A stretch of DNA of 64,000 nt from Heteronotia binoei (GCF_032191835.1 NC_083237.1:14942001-15006000), one strand, 5' to 3'. Shown: positions 34,601-47,790, numbered from the stretch's first letter. The notes: a model not told the origin generated them from the letters alone. Program-made: numbers and translations.

Positions 34601-37600
34601 CACACAGCCTGCCGCCCTAGGCAGATGCATAGATCAATATGCTACTGAGTTCCTGCTGGGCTTTTTCTACAAAAAAAAGCCCAGCAGGAACTCAGTAGCA
34701 TATTAGACCACATCCCCTAATATTAGGTCACACACTCATTAGCATATTGGGCCACACCATCTGGGATAATCAAGTGCAAACTGAACTGTGACGGTAACTT
34801 TTCCAGGCCCTGCAGCAATTCTGGCCGGCCAGCCAGGCCCCAGGGAGGCTGCCGCACAGTACATCTGGGCCCTGTGATCCCTGCCTGACCCTGGGGAGGC
34901 TGCAGCACAGCGCAGGGCCTCACGATCCTCACTGGCAAGCCAGGCCCTCATGGCTCATTCAGCCCAGCAATCCCCAAGGGCCACACCAAGTGACCTCGAG
35001 GGCCGCATATAGCCCTCGGGACAGAGGTTCCCAATGCCTGTCCTAGGACATCAGCTCCTCCTGAACTCTGGTCAACTGAGGCTTTACTTATCTCCTCATC
35101 TGCTCCTCATACTTTATGTATTCATAGAGACAGTCTAGTAGTGTTTTAGGGACCAACAAGATTTTTGGAGTATTAGCTTTAGATAGTTCAAGTTCCCTTC
35201 ATCAGAGAGTCTAGCTTGGACTCCTGAAGGCTGACACTCTGAAAGTCTTCTTGGTTTCTCCAAGATGCTACTGGACTCATACTTAGCAGTCGTCCTGCAG
35301 ACCAACGCAGGTGCCCTCTGCAATTGTCTTGGTACAGAGATGTCCAGTGAGAGAAAATCTAAGGCAGTTTTATCTTGATGGCAACACTGATTTGTTTTTT
35401 TAATGTAGTTTCTCTCATTTTGTTCTCGTTGGGTTGGAGGCAGCTACCTTTTCTTCTCTAACTCAGATATTTCCTTGCCTTAGTATAACCCATAGTTTTT
35501 GTCTACTTAACTCCTATGGTCTCTAGTACAGCTTTTGGTGGTGGGGGACAAAGTCCTCCTGACTTTTTAAAATAACAAAGTAATAGAGAAAGGAAATGGG
35601 AGATGATACAACATAACTATGCATATAAAATGATCATATCTGACAAAGCATATATAACAAAAAAGTATTTCTCTCCATAATCTTCTTTATTACAATTATA
35701 ATTATTAAGCCCTCCTGACTTTTTCACGAGTAGAAATGCTGGCTGGCTCCCACCTATTGTCTGTTACTGTGCTCAGTACAAATCAGATATGAGCCTTAAA
35801 AATGAGAAACGCCCTACTGTATTCTCGGTAAGGAAGAATGCTAAGTGTAATTTATCTCTGGGATTTCCTTGATATGAAGTGATAGAAAGTGAGAATTTCC
35901 TCAGACTGTGAATCCTGATGCTTTGTGCAACCATTCATTCATTATGGGGTTCAAATGACACTTTCCAGGTCCAGCAGCCCAATGGGCATAATTCCATTGT
36001 TGTACAAGTATAAAGCCTAGAAACATAGCTTCCTTTTGACAGCAAACGCACAAGTCCATACAAGGAAGGAAGATCTGGAATTACTAGCATTCACCTTAAC
36101 CTCTGTGTCTCATTTTGGAGAAAGTATGTCTGATGCACAAGAGACTGTTCAAGATAGAAGATTTATGCTATGTATTTCTCCTCTTGATATAAATGTCTTT
36201 GGAAGACACAAGGGCAAAACCATTTAAGAAAAAGAAAAATATCTAAATAACGCATTGCATACTAGAAATTATATCAATATTGCACTTTGCACAACATGTT
36301 AAAAATGCTTCAATATATGTTTCAGCTCACTTATGGCTCACTTGCCTCAGGAATGTGTGACAAAACATTACTTTCTTGCCTATACCAAATGGTTCCCGAT
36401 GACAGCCATCAATATACTGGGATTAACCGATTACTTCTGCATTTCAGATGGACGTGGGTTGGGCTCTTTGCTCTGGATAATGAAAATGGAGAACAGTTTT
36501 TGCAAGTAATGGTCCCAATGCTTCTCCAGAATGGTATATGTATCGCCTTTGTAGAAAGAACTCAAAAAAATAATTTTTATGATGACACAGTAAACTTATT
36601 TTTTAGTCAGGTGAATAAATTTCCAGCTGTCATGAAGAATAAAGCCAATGTTTTTGTTGTATATGGGGCATTTCCAGCCATGCTAGTGTTGAATTGGATT
36701 TTTCAATGGACAGTCATAGATTCACTTAGAGGTAAAGTATGGATTGTGACAGCACATTGGGATTTCAGATCAACTATCAGTGAGAGAGACCATGATATAC
36801 AACAATTCCATGGTGCCTTATCCCTCACAGTTCACTCAAGAGATTTATGGGGATTTAGAGATTTTCTTCAGCAAGTACATCCTTCTTGGGCCAAAGAAGA
36901 TGGTTTTATCTGGGACTTCTGGGAGCAGGTCTTCAGATGTTCATTGAAAAAAACCAGTGTTGGTGAGGGTGAGGAAATCAAAGAAGTCTGTACTGGGGAG
37001 GAGAAGCTGGAGAATCTTCCTGGACCTTTATTTGAAATGAGCATGACAGGCTACAGCTACAGTATCTACAATGCTGTCCATGCTATTGCACATGCTCTGC
37101 ATGCTATGTATGAAACCAGAAAGAGACTCCAAAAATGGATGGTTAGAGGGAATCTGGGGCCTTGGAATCCACAACCATGGCAGGTAATCTCATCCTAAAG
37201 ACAGAATTTTTTTTTTTTCCCCAGAGAAGTTGGCCAAACATAGGCTACCACAATGGTACATAATGACAGGGGTGGAATTCTAGCAGAAGCTTCTTTGTAT
37301 ATTACGCCACACACCCCTGATGTATCCAATCCTCCAAGAGCTTACAAAAAAGAGCCTTGTAAACTCTTGGATTGGCTGCATCAGGACTCTTTAGCTTGGA
37401 GAAACGTCGACTGTGGGGTGACATGATAGAGGTTTACAAGATAATGCATGGTATGGATAAAGTAGAGAAAGAAGTACTTTTCTCCCTTTCTCACAATACA
37501 AGAACTCATGGGCATTTGATGAAATTGCTGAGCAGACAGGTTAAAACGGATAAAAGGAAGTACTTCTTCACCCAAAAGGTGATTAACATGTGGAATTCAC

Positions 37601-40600
37601 TGCCACAGGAGGTGGTGGCGGCCACAAGCATAGCCACGTTCAAGAGGGGTTTAGATAAAAATATGGAGCAGAGGTCTATCAGTGGCTATTAGCCACAGTG
37701 TGTGTGTATATATACATTTTTTTGCCACTGTGTGACACAGAGTGTTGGACTGGATGGGCCATTGGCCTGATCCAACATGGCTTCTCTTATGTTCTTATGT
37801 TCTTAATATGCAAAGGAGCTCCTGCTAGAATTCCACCTCTGCAAAATGATATGTTGGGAAGCTGCATTATTGTCCATAAACCTTCACTGTCGCCATTTTA
37901 CAGCCTTTATTTGCTTCTCCCAGGAACATCATTTGTTAAGGTCAAAATGAAGCCATGAACCGAAGGTTTGCTAGCTTGATTTTGTTTCATTTCTCATTTA
38001 TGGAAAGTTGTTTTAGCTTGGGACCATTTTAATTTTATTTATCATAGATGTATAACATTTCTATATAACTATTCCATTAAGTCACTTTTAGCTACACTAA
38101 GATTTTAAAAATCCACAGAGAGAACCTTAAGAATAAAAGAAGAAAAGAATAAAATGTGGCCCATACTTCTACAAATTCTTTTGCAGTCTTACCATTTTCT
38201 TCATTCATGTTTCAGCTATAGGTTAGGAATGTGGGGTGGGGGAGATGGACAGGCTAGATTTGATTGGCTAGAGGTCCCCAGCACGGTGCCTATGGGCACT
38301 ATAGTCCCTGGCAACATCCTGCTGGGTGCCCATCAAGCATTTTTCGAAAGTGATTGGGGTCAAGTGGGGTTTTTGCCCAACAAAACATATTGGAGATCTG
38401 ATGAGTTGTAGAATTTTTTTTAAAAAAAGTTCCTACTGCAGCAGCTGGCATTACAGCAGCTGTGTGATTAAAGGTGTATGCAAATCAATAACAAAAAATT
38501 AAATAATATGTTCATTCTAAAAGACATTATGTTACACAGAGCTTCTACTTGAAGTGCCAAAGAATTACTATTAGAGATATACATTACCTCTATGGTTGCC
38601 AGGTCCCATCATTGCACTGGTGGGGGGATTTGGGAGACATTCTGGAAGTGGGGAGGGAAGTCCCTGATGTGATGACATTACACATGCTGGTAACATCACA
38701 CAGCAATGCTCTACTTTCTTAGCAAGCTCTATGATAAAATTGGGTTCAAACCATAGAGTTTTGCCCAAAAAGCAAAGCATTGTCACAGGATGTCACTGAC
38801 ATGACATCATTTCCAAGTCACATCATTGCATTAAGGAAGTTTCAGGGTAGGGAGAAGCCCTGGAAACTAGGGGCATTTTCGCACTCACCTTCAGCCAGCG
38901 CGACCCCCCTCTTCACCGCGCAGGATCTGTGCGGATTTCGCACTAAACGCCGTGGAGCAGCCTTTTGCGCTGGAAACTCCCGGCGCAAAAGCCGTTCAAA
39001 CGGAAACTGCTTTTTGGCGGTTTCCGTTTGAGCGGCTTTTGCGCTGGGAGTTTCCAGCGCAAAAGGCTGCTCCATGGCGTTTAGTGCGAAATCCGCGCAG
39101 ATCCTGCGCGGTGAAGAGGGGGGTCGCGCCGGCTGAAGGTGAGTGCGAAAACGCCCTAGGAGATGCCCCACCCAGACCTGAAGACTGGCATCCCTGATTC
39201 ACTGCCTGACATTTTGTGGTTTAGTCTGCCTCTTCTGGGAGCCATTTTGTTGTTTGCTACACCTTCTGCAGCAGTCATTTTGTGTTGTGCTCTCCACCTT
39301 GTGTCAGAATTTCAAAGGTGCTTGCACTGGATCAAAAAGGTTGGGGACCCTAATCTAGGCAGCCATAAAATAATGAAAATATATTCTAGGATAGGGGTTT
39401 GTCAAACTCATGGGGTTAAATCTAGCCAGCTTTTAATTCAGTCTCACCAAATTCCTTTACCTACAGTTTGTGTCCCTTTGTCCATGAAAGTTTTAGGATC
39501 TCCAGCATAGCATCTCATTTGTCCATGGAGATCTTTTCCTCTTTTTCATTTACTGAAAAGCTGACTGGATCTAACTCATTTTTAGGAACCCAACATCTTG
39601 TTATTTGTTTTTGTTATCTCTTTGAACTCAGCTCCATCCCTTTCTGAGCACCATCTCCTTCAACAACAGTGCCGGAGAGACGGTGCAATTTAATGAAAAC
39701 AGGGAAATAATTGCTGGGTTTGATGTTACAAACTGGAGGACTTTCTCAAACAACTCTTTTAGTAGAGTACAAGTTGGAAGCCTGGATCTTGCTGGCAAGG
39801 AGTTAACTATTCATGATGAAATCATTGTATGGCATAGAACATTTAACCAGGTGAGATTTGCATTTAGATCTTTGGGTCCAATAGATATTTAACAACTCAG
39901 TGATCCCCGTGTCTGCCATGCGTTTATCATTCTTCTCGGTTTTTATATTGATGTGACTATACTTAACATTTGTACCTTGCTATTGAATTAAAATACTACT
40001 TAATATGGAGAGCAAGTCTGGTATATGGAGAGCCAGTTTGATGTAGTGGTTAAGTGTGTGGACTCTTATCTGGGAGAACCGGGTTTGATTCCCCACTCTT
40101 CCACTTGCACCTGCTAGAATGGCCTTGGGTCAGCCATAGCTCTGGCAGAGGTTGTCCTTGAAAGGGCAGCTGCTGTGAGAGCCCTCTCCAGCCCCACCCA
40201 ACTCACAGGGTGTCTGTTGTGGGGGAGGAAGGTAAAGGAGATTGTGAGCCGCTCTGAGACTCTTCGGAGTGGAGAGTGGGATATAAATCCAATATCTTCT
40301 TCATCGTCTTCTTCTTAAAAGTAACAATTAAAATAGTATTTTCTTCCCATGAACCACACAAAAAAAGTGGGATGTGCATATTTTAATTAATAAATAAATG
40401 AAATGTCAAATCTGTCAACATTTTCTTGTATATGCAAATAGCCTAATGTGTGATGTATTAAATGGGGCTTTTATTGGACCAAAAACATTAACTTAGTGGG
40501 TAGAACTGTGAAAGTTTTATTGTGGATGAGTAAGACAAACATACGAGCAATCAAGAGTTCTGTTTTCTTCCATATCCTGATCACGTGTGAAGCCCTACTC

Positions 40601-43600
40601 TACTTTCACACTCACATAGCAAGGTATTAACTCCTACCATCTTTGGAAACAACCACTGCCACAGACACATAAGGGCTTTACGTGTTGGTAGTGATGTTTC
40701 TCCTCCTCACTATTATTAATATCACCTTCTACCCAGCATCCATTGAAGATGATGGACAGCAGAGCTGGATTAACAATTAGGCCAAATAGGCACTGGCTTA
40801 GGGGCCTCCATGCCTTTAGGGGCCCTGGGTTGGCTTCCCCCTGGTTTCCCCCCTGCTTGCAGCCCTCCCATCAACTGAGCTGCTCTTTGCCCAACTTGTC
40901 TGGTGCGGCTGCTGCTGATATTATTGCCAAGTTTGCCTCTCTCTGCCTCTCCCCTGCAGCTTAGTAAAAGGGGTTTTTAAAGAAGGTGCCTGCAGGCTGC
41001 AGCAGGGGTCATGGGTGGTGGGCAGTGAGGTGGGTGCTCAGATTCCAAGATAATTTGTGAGGGGACCCCCAAGATTTTGACTGCCTAGGGGTCTCCACAA
41101 GGTTTAATCTGGCACTGATGGACAGTAGATTCTGGGCAAACAATAGGAAATGCTTTTTTTATTTTTAATTAACAATTTATTGTATTTTCACAACATAAGC
41201 ATAACCAAATAAAATAATATAGTACTGTACAATAGTTATAAACTAATAGTCAGACAGTAATAAAAACACGACACTTTAACATATACCTATTTTAAACGTA
41301 TACTGGAAATTTACAATATTTACTTGTTTCAAACACTTTCTCTCAATAAAGAATCTATAGTCTAAGGAATTTAAAATCTGGTAAGCTTACCATAAACAGA
41401 ATGTATTAAGGAAATACTTAAAAAAAAAAGAATAATTAAGTGAGGAATTCACTGTCAGAGGATTTAGTGATGGTGACAAGCATAGGTCACTTTCAAAGAG
41501 GATTAGACAGATTCATGGAGGTTAGGTCTATCAGTGGCTACTAGCCATGGTGACTAAAAGTAACTTCCACATTCAGAGGCAGTAAACGTCTGAATATCAG
41601 TGCCAAGATGCAATATCAGGGGAAGGCCTTAGCCTCTAATTATGGTTGCTAGCTCACCATACTAACTAGTTGATCACTGTGAGATAGGATGCAGGAGTAG
41701 ATGGACCACTAGTCTAAATAGAGTTGCCAGGTCCCCTCTTCATCACAGCAAGGGGATTTGAAGATGTTCTGGCAGCAGATGGAACATTGTGCATGATGTC
41801 CCTGACACAATGACATCACCAGGAATGCTGGCCACTTGTGAGCCAAAGCTCCCAACACTTTGGGAAACTCCACCAGGACCTGGGAACTGGCAACCCTAGG
41901 TCTAAACAAGCAGGGCTCTTCTTAAATCCTTGTGCAATGGCTGCACTGTTGAGCATCAGCGTTGGGTCAAGTAGGTCCTTCTTTGTCTGGGACAATAACA
42001 GACACTACCTTCATGGTAAGAGTGTCTCAAGTATAAATAATAATTTACTAGTCCTCTCTGTCAATCTGTATTCATGCACAGATTATTTCTCCCATTCGCT
42101 TTCCCCCTACCCTGTTTCAAATACAGTTTTGACAGAAGCTAAAAGCTTTAAAAGTATCCCAAAGGTCTGGATGCACCAATTATTTTTTCTGCTGAAACAA
42201 ACCCTAAAATCTGAAAACTCCTGGATGCCCTTCAATAATAGTTGGACTGCTTGAAAAAAGAGGTGGGAGGGCTACTTTGTCCAGGCTTTTCCTCTCCAAT
42301 CCATGTAGGAAAAGAAAAGGTCCCCTGTGCAAGTACCAGTCATTTCGGACGCTAGATGATGATGTTGCTTTCACAACACCAGTCGTTTCCGACTCCAGGT
42401 GACGTTACTTTCACAACATTTTCACGGCAGACTTTTTACGGGGTGGTTTGCCATTGCCTTCCCCAGTCTTTTACACTTTTCCCCCAGCAAGCTGGGGACT
42501 CATTTTACTGACCTCGGAAGGATGGAAGGCTGAGTCAACCTTGGGCCGGCTACCTGAACCCAGCTTTTGCTGGGATAGAACTCAGGTCATGAGCAGAGAG
42601 TTCAAATCACAGTACTGCTGCTTTACCACTCTGCAACATGGGGTCGCATAACCCATGTAATCCAGCCACTAAAGAGAGTGAGTAAAAAACAAATCTAAAC
42701 ACTAGGTTTGATGCTCCAAATTGTAAAATCTAGTGGTCACCCTGAAACTCTAATGAATGCAAAAGAGCTAGAACTGAAGTTCCAGAGCAGAGATGAAATT
42801 TGGTGATCTATAAGATGGTTTTGCTTATTCAACTAGGAAATGAAGTGAAAACAAACAAACCCCTTCCCCCCAAAAAGTGTTCTGCATTGATATTTCTGAA
42901 CAGGTATTGCCCATTTCTGCATGCAATGACAACTGCCGTCCTGGATCCAGCAAGATAAGGAAGGAAGGGAAGCCATTCTGCTGTTATGACTGTGTTCCAT
43001 GTCCAGAAGGGAAGATTACTGATAAGAGAGGTAGGGCACAGTCTTCAAAGATTTCAGGATATCCCACGGCTATCTTTCAGTGACAGAAACAAAGGCTTGA
43101 AAGTCTCATCAATGTTGATGTGGTTGCTGAGCAACCCAGCCCCCCAAATGGCCACCCAGTTTGCAGAACAGTCTTCTTAGTAGGGATGGGCATGATGAAA
43201 GTGATGAGCTGGAAATAGACACAGAAATGGTTGGTTTAGATTGTTACAGTGATCTCCCAAAATGGTAATACAAAACCAACGTTGTTGAGGTAATGAAACC
43301 CTTCTCCTCATAATAATCCCTAGTGGGGGCTTTGCTTTCAGCTTGGGAGTTACCAAGAAAGCTCCATCTCACTCAAAGATTTGAAGAGCACTGGAAAAAT
43401 AGAGAATGTGGGCACCTTGTTCACAGGCCTGTAGACGTCTAAATCTTGGTTAAATTTCCTTGAAAATTGGGGGTTCTTTAAAGGAGAGGTAGCAACCACT
43501 TCACTGCCATTTTTGGTGTCATTTGTTAGGGGAAAACAGCCATTCCACCCTTCCCCAAAGTAGGAGCCAGGAATGTGAAGTGACTTGTATGACCTCCATT

Positions 43601-44868
43601 GGAATACATTACAACAACAGAAACATTGAAATTAAAATGTGGAAAGGATTTAGAGAAAACAGCCCCAGGCCTGAAATGATAGCTCCTAGAATGGAATGAT
43701 GGTTCCCGGGACCATATAAACTGTGCTTGGGCTAGGATGGCATCCCGCAGAGAACTGATTCCCATCCTAGGGGACGTTGTTTCACTTTGAGGATTAATAA
43801 TCTCAGCACTCCAAAGCATTGTACCCTGGTGAGGTCCCTTCCCAAACTCAACCTTCCCCAGGCTTTCCTGGTAACTCCCCAAATCATCAGAAATGTTCCA
43901 AACCAAAGCATCAACACTATCTATATGTATCTGTCTATTTGTATTTATATCTCATCTATTTCTTTGCAGATATGGATATCTGCATCATATGTCCAGAAGA
44001 CTATTATGCAAATCCAGACCAGGATCAATGCATTCCCAAGGTTATCAGCTATCTCTCATATGAAGAACCTTTGGGGACCAGTTTAGCTTTGTCAGCTGGT
44101 TGTTTAGCTCTGACCACAATTGTGGTGCTTGGGGTCTTCATAAAGCACCAGGAGACGCCCATCGTCAAAGCCAACAATCGGAGCCTCACCTACGTTCTCC
44201 TCGCTTCCCTCTTTCTCTGCTTCCTCTCCTCCTTGCTGTTCATTGGACAGCCTGTGGAAGTGACCTGCCTCCTTAGACAAACTACTTTTGGCATCATTTT
44301 CTCTGTAGCCCTTTCTAGCATTTTGGCCAAAACCATCATAGTCGTATTAGCATTTCTGGCCACCCAACCAGGATCCAGAATGAAGAAATGGTTGGGGAAA
44401 AGACTGGCAACTTCCATTGTTCTTTCCTGCACTTCCATTCAAGCAGGCATTTGTATTCTTTGGCTATGCACTTCACCTCCATTCCGAGATATGGACATGA
44501 CCTCATTGAATGGAGAAATCATACTAGAATGTAACGAAGGGTCAATCTTTATGTTTTGTTGTGTCCTGGGTTATATGGGCTTCCTGGCCATTGTCACCTT
44601 CATTGTGGCATTCTTTGCCAGGAGGTTGCCTGACTGTTTCAATGAAGCTAAATTTATCACTTTCAGCATGTTGGTGTTTTGCAGTGTTTGGATCTCCTTT
44701 ATTCCAACCTATCTGAGCACCAAGGGGAAATACATGGTGACTGTAGAGATCTTCTCCATTTTATCCTCCAGTGCTGGTCTTCTAGGCTTTATATTCTCCT
44801 CTAAATGTTACATCATTGTGATGAGACCCAAGCTGAACAACAAGGAGAGGCTGATGAGGAAAAATTAG
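31441..44868 (+). CDS. V2R gene 3, complete, 879 aa, tandem paralog of gene 2
   Basis: Exons 31441-31685, 33689-33980, 36326-37183, 39632-39850, 42904-43030, 43970-44868 sum to 2640 nt. Exon 1-5 lengths equal those of gene 2; all junctions GT-AG. Confidence 0.96.
33445..33648 (+). mobile_element. tRNA-derived SINE (paralog of 18364)
   Basis: tggtagagcat...ggttcaatccctgg A/B-box-like head. Confidence 0.7.
33689..33980 (+). CDS. V2R gene 3 exon 2
   Basis: ttttacag| acceptor, IPQ|gtatat, 292 bp. Confidence 0.95.
34121..34317. mobile_element. hAT-like MITE (CAGGGCTTTTTT family)
   Basis: Flanks gttatatg/gttatatt; absent from copy A. Confidence 0.75.
34416..35040. mobile_element. Non-autonomous hAT element with perfect 8-bp TSD
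   Basis: TSD tcctagga at 34408-34415 and 35041-35048; TIR ...gggaacct/aggttccc...; empty site near 19091. Confidence 0.85.
35125..35325. mobile_element. Penelope-like inverted-end element (paralog of 19181)
   Basis: Minus strand CTGATGA core at 35199-35205. Confidence 0.65.
36326..37183 (+). CDS. V2R gene 3 exon 3
   Basis: gtttcag|LTYGS...QPWQ|gtaatc, 858 bp. Confidence 0.95.
37268..37840. mobile_element. hAT MITE split by a CR1 insertion
   Basis: caggggtggaattctagcag / ctgctagaattccacctctg termini; TSD cataatga/caaaatga; empty site near 21356. Confidence 0.8.
37385..37803 (+). mobile_element. CR1 LINE 3' fragment
   Basis: [22 protein letters not shown]...WNSLPQEVV...FKRGLD, 3' UTR and (TATGTTCT)n tail. 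Confidence 0.92.
38871..39156. mobile_element. Palindromic CpG-rich MITE with 3-bp TAG TSD (PIF/Harbinger-like)
   Basis: tag|gggcattttcgcac...gtgcgaaaacgccc|tag; near-perfect inverted arms; absent from gene 2 intron 3. Confidence 0.85.
39632..39850 (+). CDS. V2R gene 3 exon 4
   Basis: gaactcag|LHPFLS...TFNQ|gtgaga, 219 bp. Confidence 0.95.
40027..40316 (+). mobile_element. Squam3-like SINE
   Basis: Near-identical to 12212; empty site near 24390. Confidence 0.87.
40760..41117. mobile_element. hAT (Tip100-like) non-autonomous element, perfect 8-bp TSD
   Basis: TSD atggacag; TIR cagagctggattaa / ttaatctggcactg. Confidence 0.8.
41463..41716 (+). mobile_element. CR1 LINE 3' fragment
   Basis: ttcaaagaggattagacagattcatggagg...tcagtggctactagccat. 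Confidence 0.75.
41722..41898. mobile_element. MITE of the AGGGTTGCCA...TGGCAACCCT family (other remnants near 28495, 28670, 38590, 57320)
   Basis: agagttgccagg / ctggcaaccctag termini. Confidence 0.55.
42309..42646 (-). mobile_element. Sauria SINE
   Basis: Reverse complement of the 15591 family with an internal ~41-bp tandem duplication; flanks ccatgta; absent near 24825. Confidence 0.88.
42904..43030 (+). CDS. V2R gene 3 exon 5 (CRD)
   Basis: gaacag|[11 protein letters not shown]...CCYDC...G|gtaggg, 127 bp. Confidence 0.95.
43970..44868 (+). CDS. V2R gene 3 exon 6 (7TM)
   Basis: ctttgcag| acceptor, 7TM ORF ending at TAG 44868. Confidence 0.97.
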
Positions 44869-45574
44869 TAGATCATGCAATCCTGTTGCTTTTTTTGTAT
44901 GAATGCTGAATATGTGCAAGGGATATTTTGACTGGAGATGATTGGCCAACTCAAGAACTGACTCTGCGGTAATATAGTAAGAGAAAATTTGCTGAAATGG
45001 AAACTTTCTGTAGAAAAAAATGTTGATTTCTAAAGTTGTATTGTTCCATAACACCAATAAGAAGCTAGAACTATTCTGAACTTTTGTGTCAACAGGGCTA
45101 CAGTTCTATTTTACATTGAACCCACTGCTGTAATTTTGTCAAAAATGTTTTGAATGCAATTAAAACTAAAATAAAATAAATATTAGTAACAATGAATGGA
45201 CACCATTGCCAGACACACAGGCAATGCCAGTGCAATAGTAAGTAAGCTTGGGAACTCTACTGCAGAAGTGCAGAATAGGCTTGCCAATCTCCAGGCAGAT
45301 GGAATAACAAACAGAGCTGTATTATTACTATTTGTCGGAATCAACTTACAACAATGTGCCTAAGGGTTCAGTTGGCGGCCAGCTGCTCTGGAGTAAACCT
45401 TCAACTTTTATTTATTTACTTATTTACTTGCTTGCTTGCTTACTTTCCATTTATATCCCGCCCATTCCAAACGAATTCCAACTCTTCAAGTAGCTGCCAT
45501 TGGGCAAGGAGGCAAGCCATCTGCTGTCCTTTCTATAGTTCTGTTTATAGCCTCTGTCTGTAGTGTTCAAAAGT

Positions 45575-46017
45575 TCCCCATACGTTCCCCAGAGAGCACT
45601 GCGATCAAGCGCAAAAAATCTTCTTGAAATCCCTGGGCCAAAAGAAACTAAATTAAAAGCTACCAGAGAACAGGCGTTCTCTACAAAGGCCCCCCAATGG
45701 TGGAACCAATTGCCGGAAGAGGTGCGGGCCCTACGGGATCTTAACCAGTTCCGTAGGGCCTGCAAAACTGCCCTCTTCCAGCTAGCTTTTTAAGACCGAA
45801 CTCTCGATAAGACCAGTAATACCGAGCCATCTTATACGCTATTCGACTGTATTTTAATGTCTTACTGTTTTATTGTTTTATTTTTTAATTATTAACTGTA
45901 TTATTTATTGTCTATTTGTATCATGGTTTTCACCATGTCCTGTTAGCTGCCCTGAGCCTGCCTCAGCGGGGAGGGTGGGGTATAAATAAAAGTTTATTAT
46001 TATTATTATTATTATTA
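45575..46017 (+). mobile_element. L2 LINE 3' fragment
   Basis: PQRALRSSAKNLLEIPG...WWNQLPEEVRALRDL, 3' UTR and (ATT)n tail. Confidence 0.88.
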
Positions 46018-47790
46018 AAAGGTGTGGGTTATTCTGGAGGGTTGGGAACTATCAGCTTAGTTTCGCCTGTAGATTTAGGGCTGGAGACCATGGCTTTGCA
46101 ACGAGCTGTTGGCTGTGAGTCCTGATCAGAGTGAGGTTCATCCTCCTGCTTCCTGGCTTCTACTGGCTCAGAGCTGGCTACAGATGGCTCCTCTTCTCCT
46201 GAGGAGTCCTCACTGATCCCTGACTGACCCATGACACCTATGTGCATACCAGTTCACTATGTGGATCTAGCATTCTCCCCTTAGAATAACTCTAAATAAT
46301 ATAAGTTCTGGATAGAAGTCTTGTAGATTGCTGCCATTACACATAGCTTAAACTTGAATTTCATAGCTCGGTACACTTCTCCCACTCCCCACACATTCAC
46401 TCACCACACAGAGATCAGCAAGGTTCCCAAAGCAGCATTGCTGATCACATTACTGAGCACTTCCTCTGCATGTTTCGCATGCATACCACTCAGTAATTTG
46501 CGTGGAGTTGGGGGACAGTGTAGCTCTAGAAATCACCAGGAATTCTATGGTAAAACTGGAAGTCCTTACTGTAGCATTTCTGGCAATTCCTAGAGCTACC
46601 CATCATCACTTCTGCATAGCTCTAAGAATAACCAGGAATTTTATAGTAAGAACTTCCTGTAAGTAGACGAAGCCCTGCTTTTCTTTTTATTTCCCCCCAC
46701 CACTGCTTGCAGTGTAGCAGGACTTGGAGGAGGGGGGATTGTCCACTTCCACTCTAAATCATATTACTTACATACTTTTGCCTGGCAAAGGGTACTTTCT
46801 CATGCTACACTCAGAGCTTCAGACCAAAAACTCGCAGTGTTTTCTCAGGTCATGCTTTAATTGTACTGATCATTGTATTTACAATGCAAGGATAAGGATT
46901 CAGGTCAAGCTGGGTTTTGTATAATAAGAACATAATATCAGTTGCTCCAGGAAATTGTTGAAACCTTATGCCCAGGGGCTCCAGGTAGGAAGTGATGCAG
47001 TTAGGAAGTGAGATAGGCAGTCCCCAATCAATATAATTCAGTAGTAATAAAGGCAAGATAAAGGTGAGATAATACAATTCTCAAGCTTTATAGTGGTTTA
47101 TTCATTTTGTAGCTCATCTGTGTCCCAGCCTACCTCTCTGATGTTCCCCACAAGAGTTATCCCATTTTACCCCAAGATACTTCAAAGTAGATTAAATTTA
47201 GGATGAAAATAGATGCAATAGAGGTCACTGTTCTATTACTTATCCACGTAAACATTCTATGGTCACCTTATTATTTTCAAGTGTGTCTAACCATGTCAAC
47301 TGGCCCATGTAGGCCCACCAATCTGCCCTGTCCTATGTTTTTTATGTTATCATTCAGAACTGAAAAGGGTGGGGGGGAGTGTTTAAAATTTCTGAAAAGT
47401 TAGGCTTAGCCATTTTGTTTTAACAGCACAATGAGGAGGTGATTATCTACCCCACCATCATGGTCAAAAATTATAGGACTCCATCTTCCCCAATGGATTG
47501 CCAGGAAAACCAACAATAAGTGTACTTAGGTGACAATAAGAAAGGTGATATAAAAACCTCTGGTGCTGTTCAGATCTATACAGAACTCTTCCCTCTTTAT
47601 ATTACAGAACTAATTGTTTCTCTCTCTCAGAACCACCACCTTTCTGCAGTGCTCTTCTGTATTCTTTGGAGCCGTATCTTGAAAAGTCCTTCAGCCCTTC
47701 TATGATGTTGCCTTCTCTGCAAATCTTCTTGCAAATTTACACCTCTTTTGCCAGAGAATCTGATTGAGGACTAACAAACACGTGTGTGTA

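Larger units (their letters stand above)
29240..45253 (+). repeat. Tandem segmental duplication copy B (contains gene 3)
   Basis: Starts aatagtaaatgttggg, matching aatagtgaatgttggg at 14628. Confidence 0.9.

Noticed and set aside
38780-39202. Near-identical ORFs on both strands (also 25609-25904, 30001-30359)
   Set aside because: Artefacts of palindromic MITEs.
46029-46247. Acidic ORF (SEDSSGEEEP...)
   Set aside because: Short and low-complexity with no splice context; probably a repeat remnant I cannot classify.
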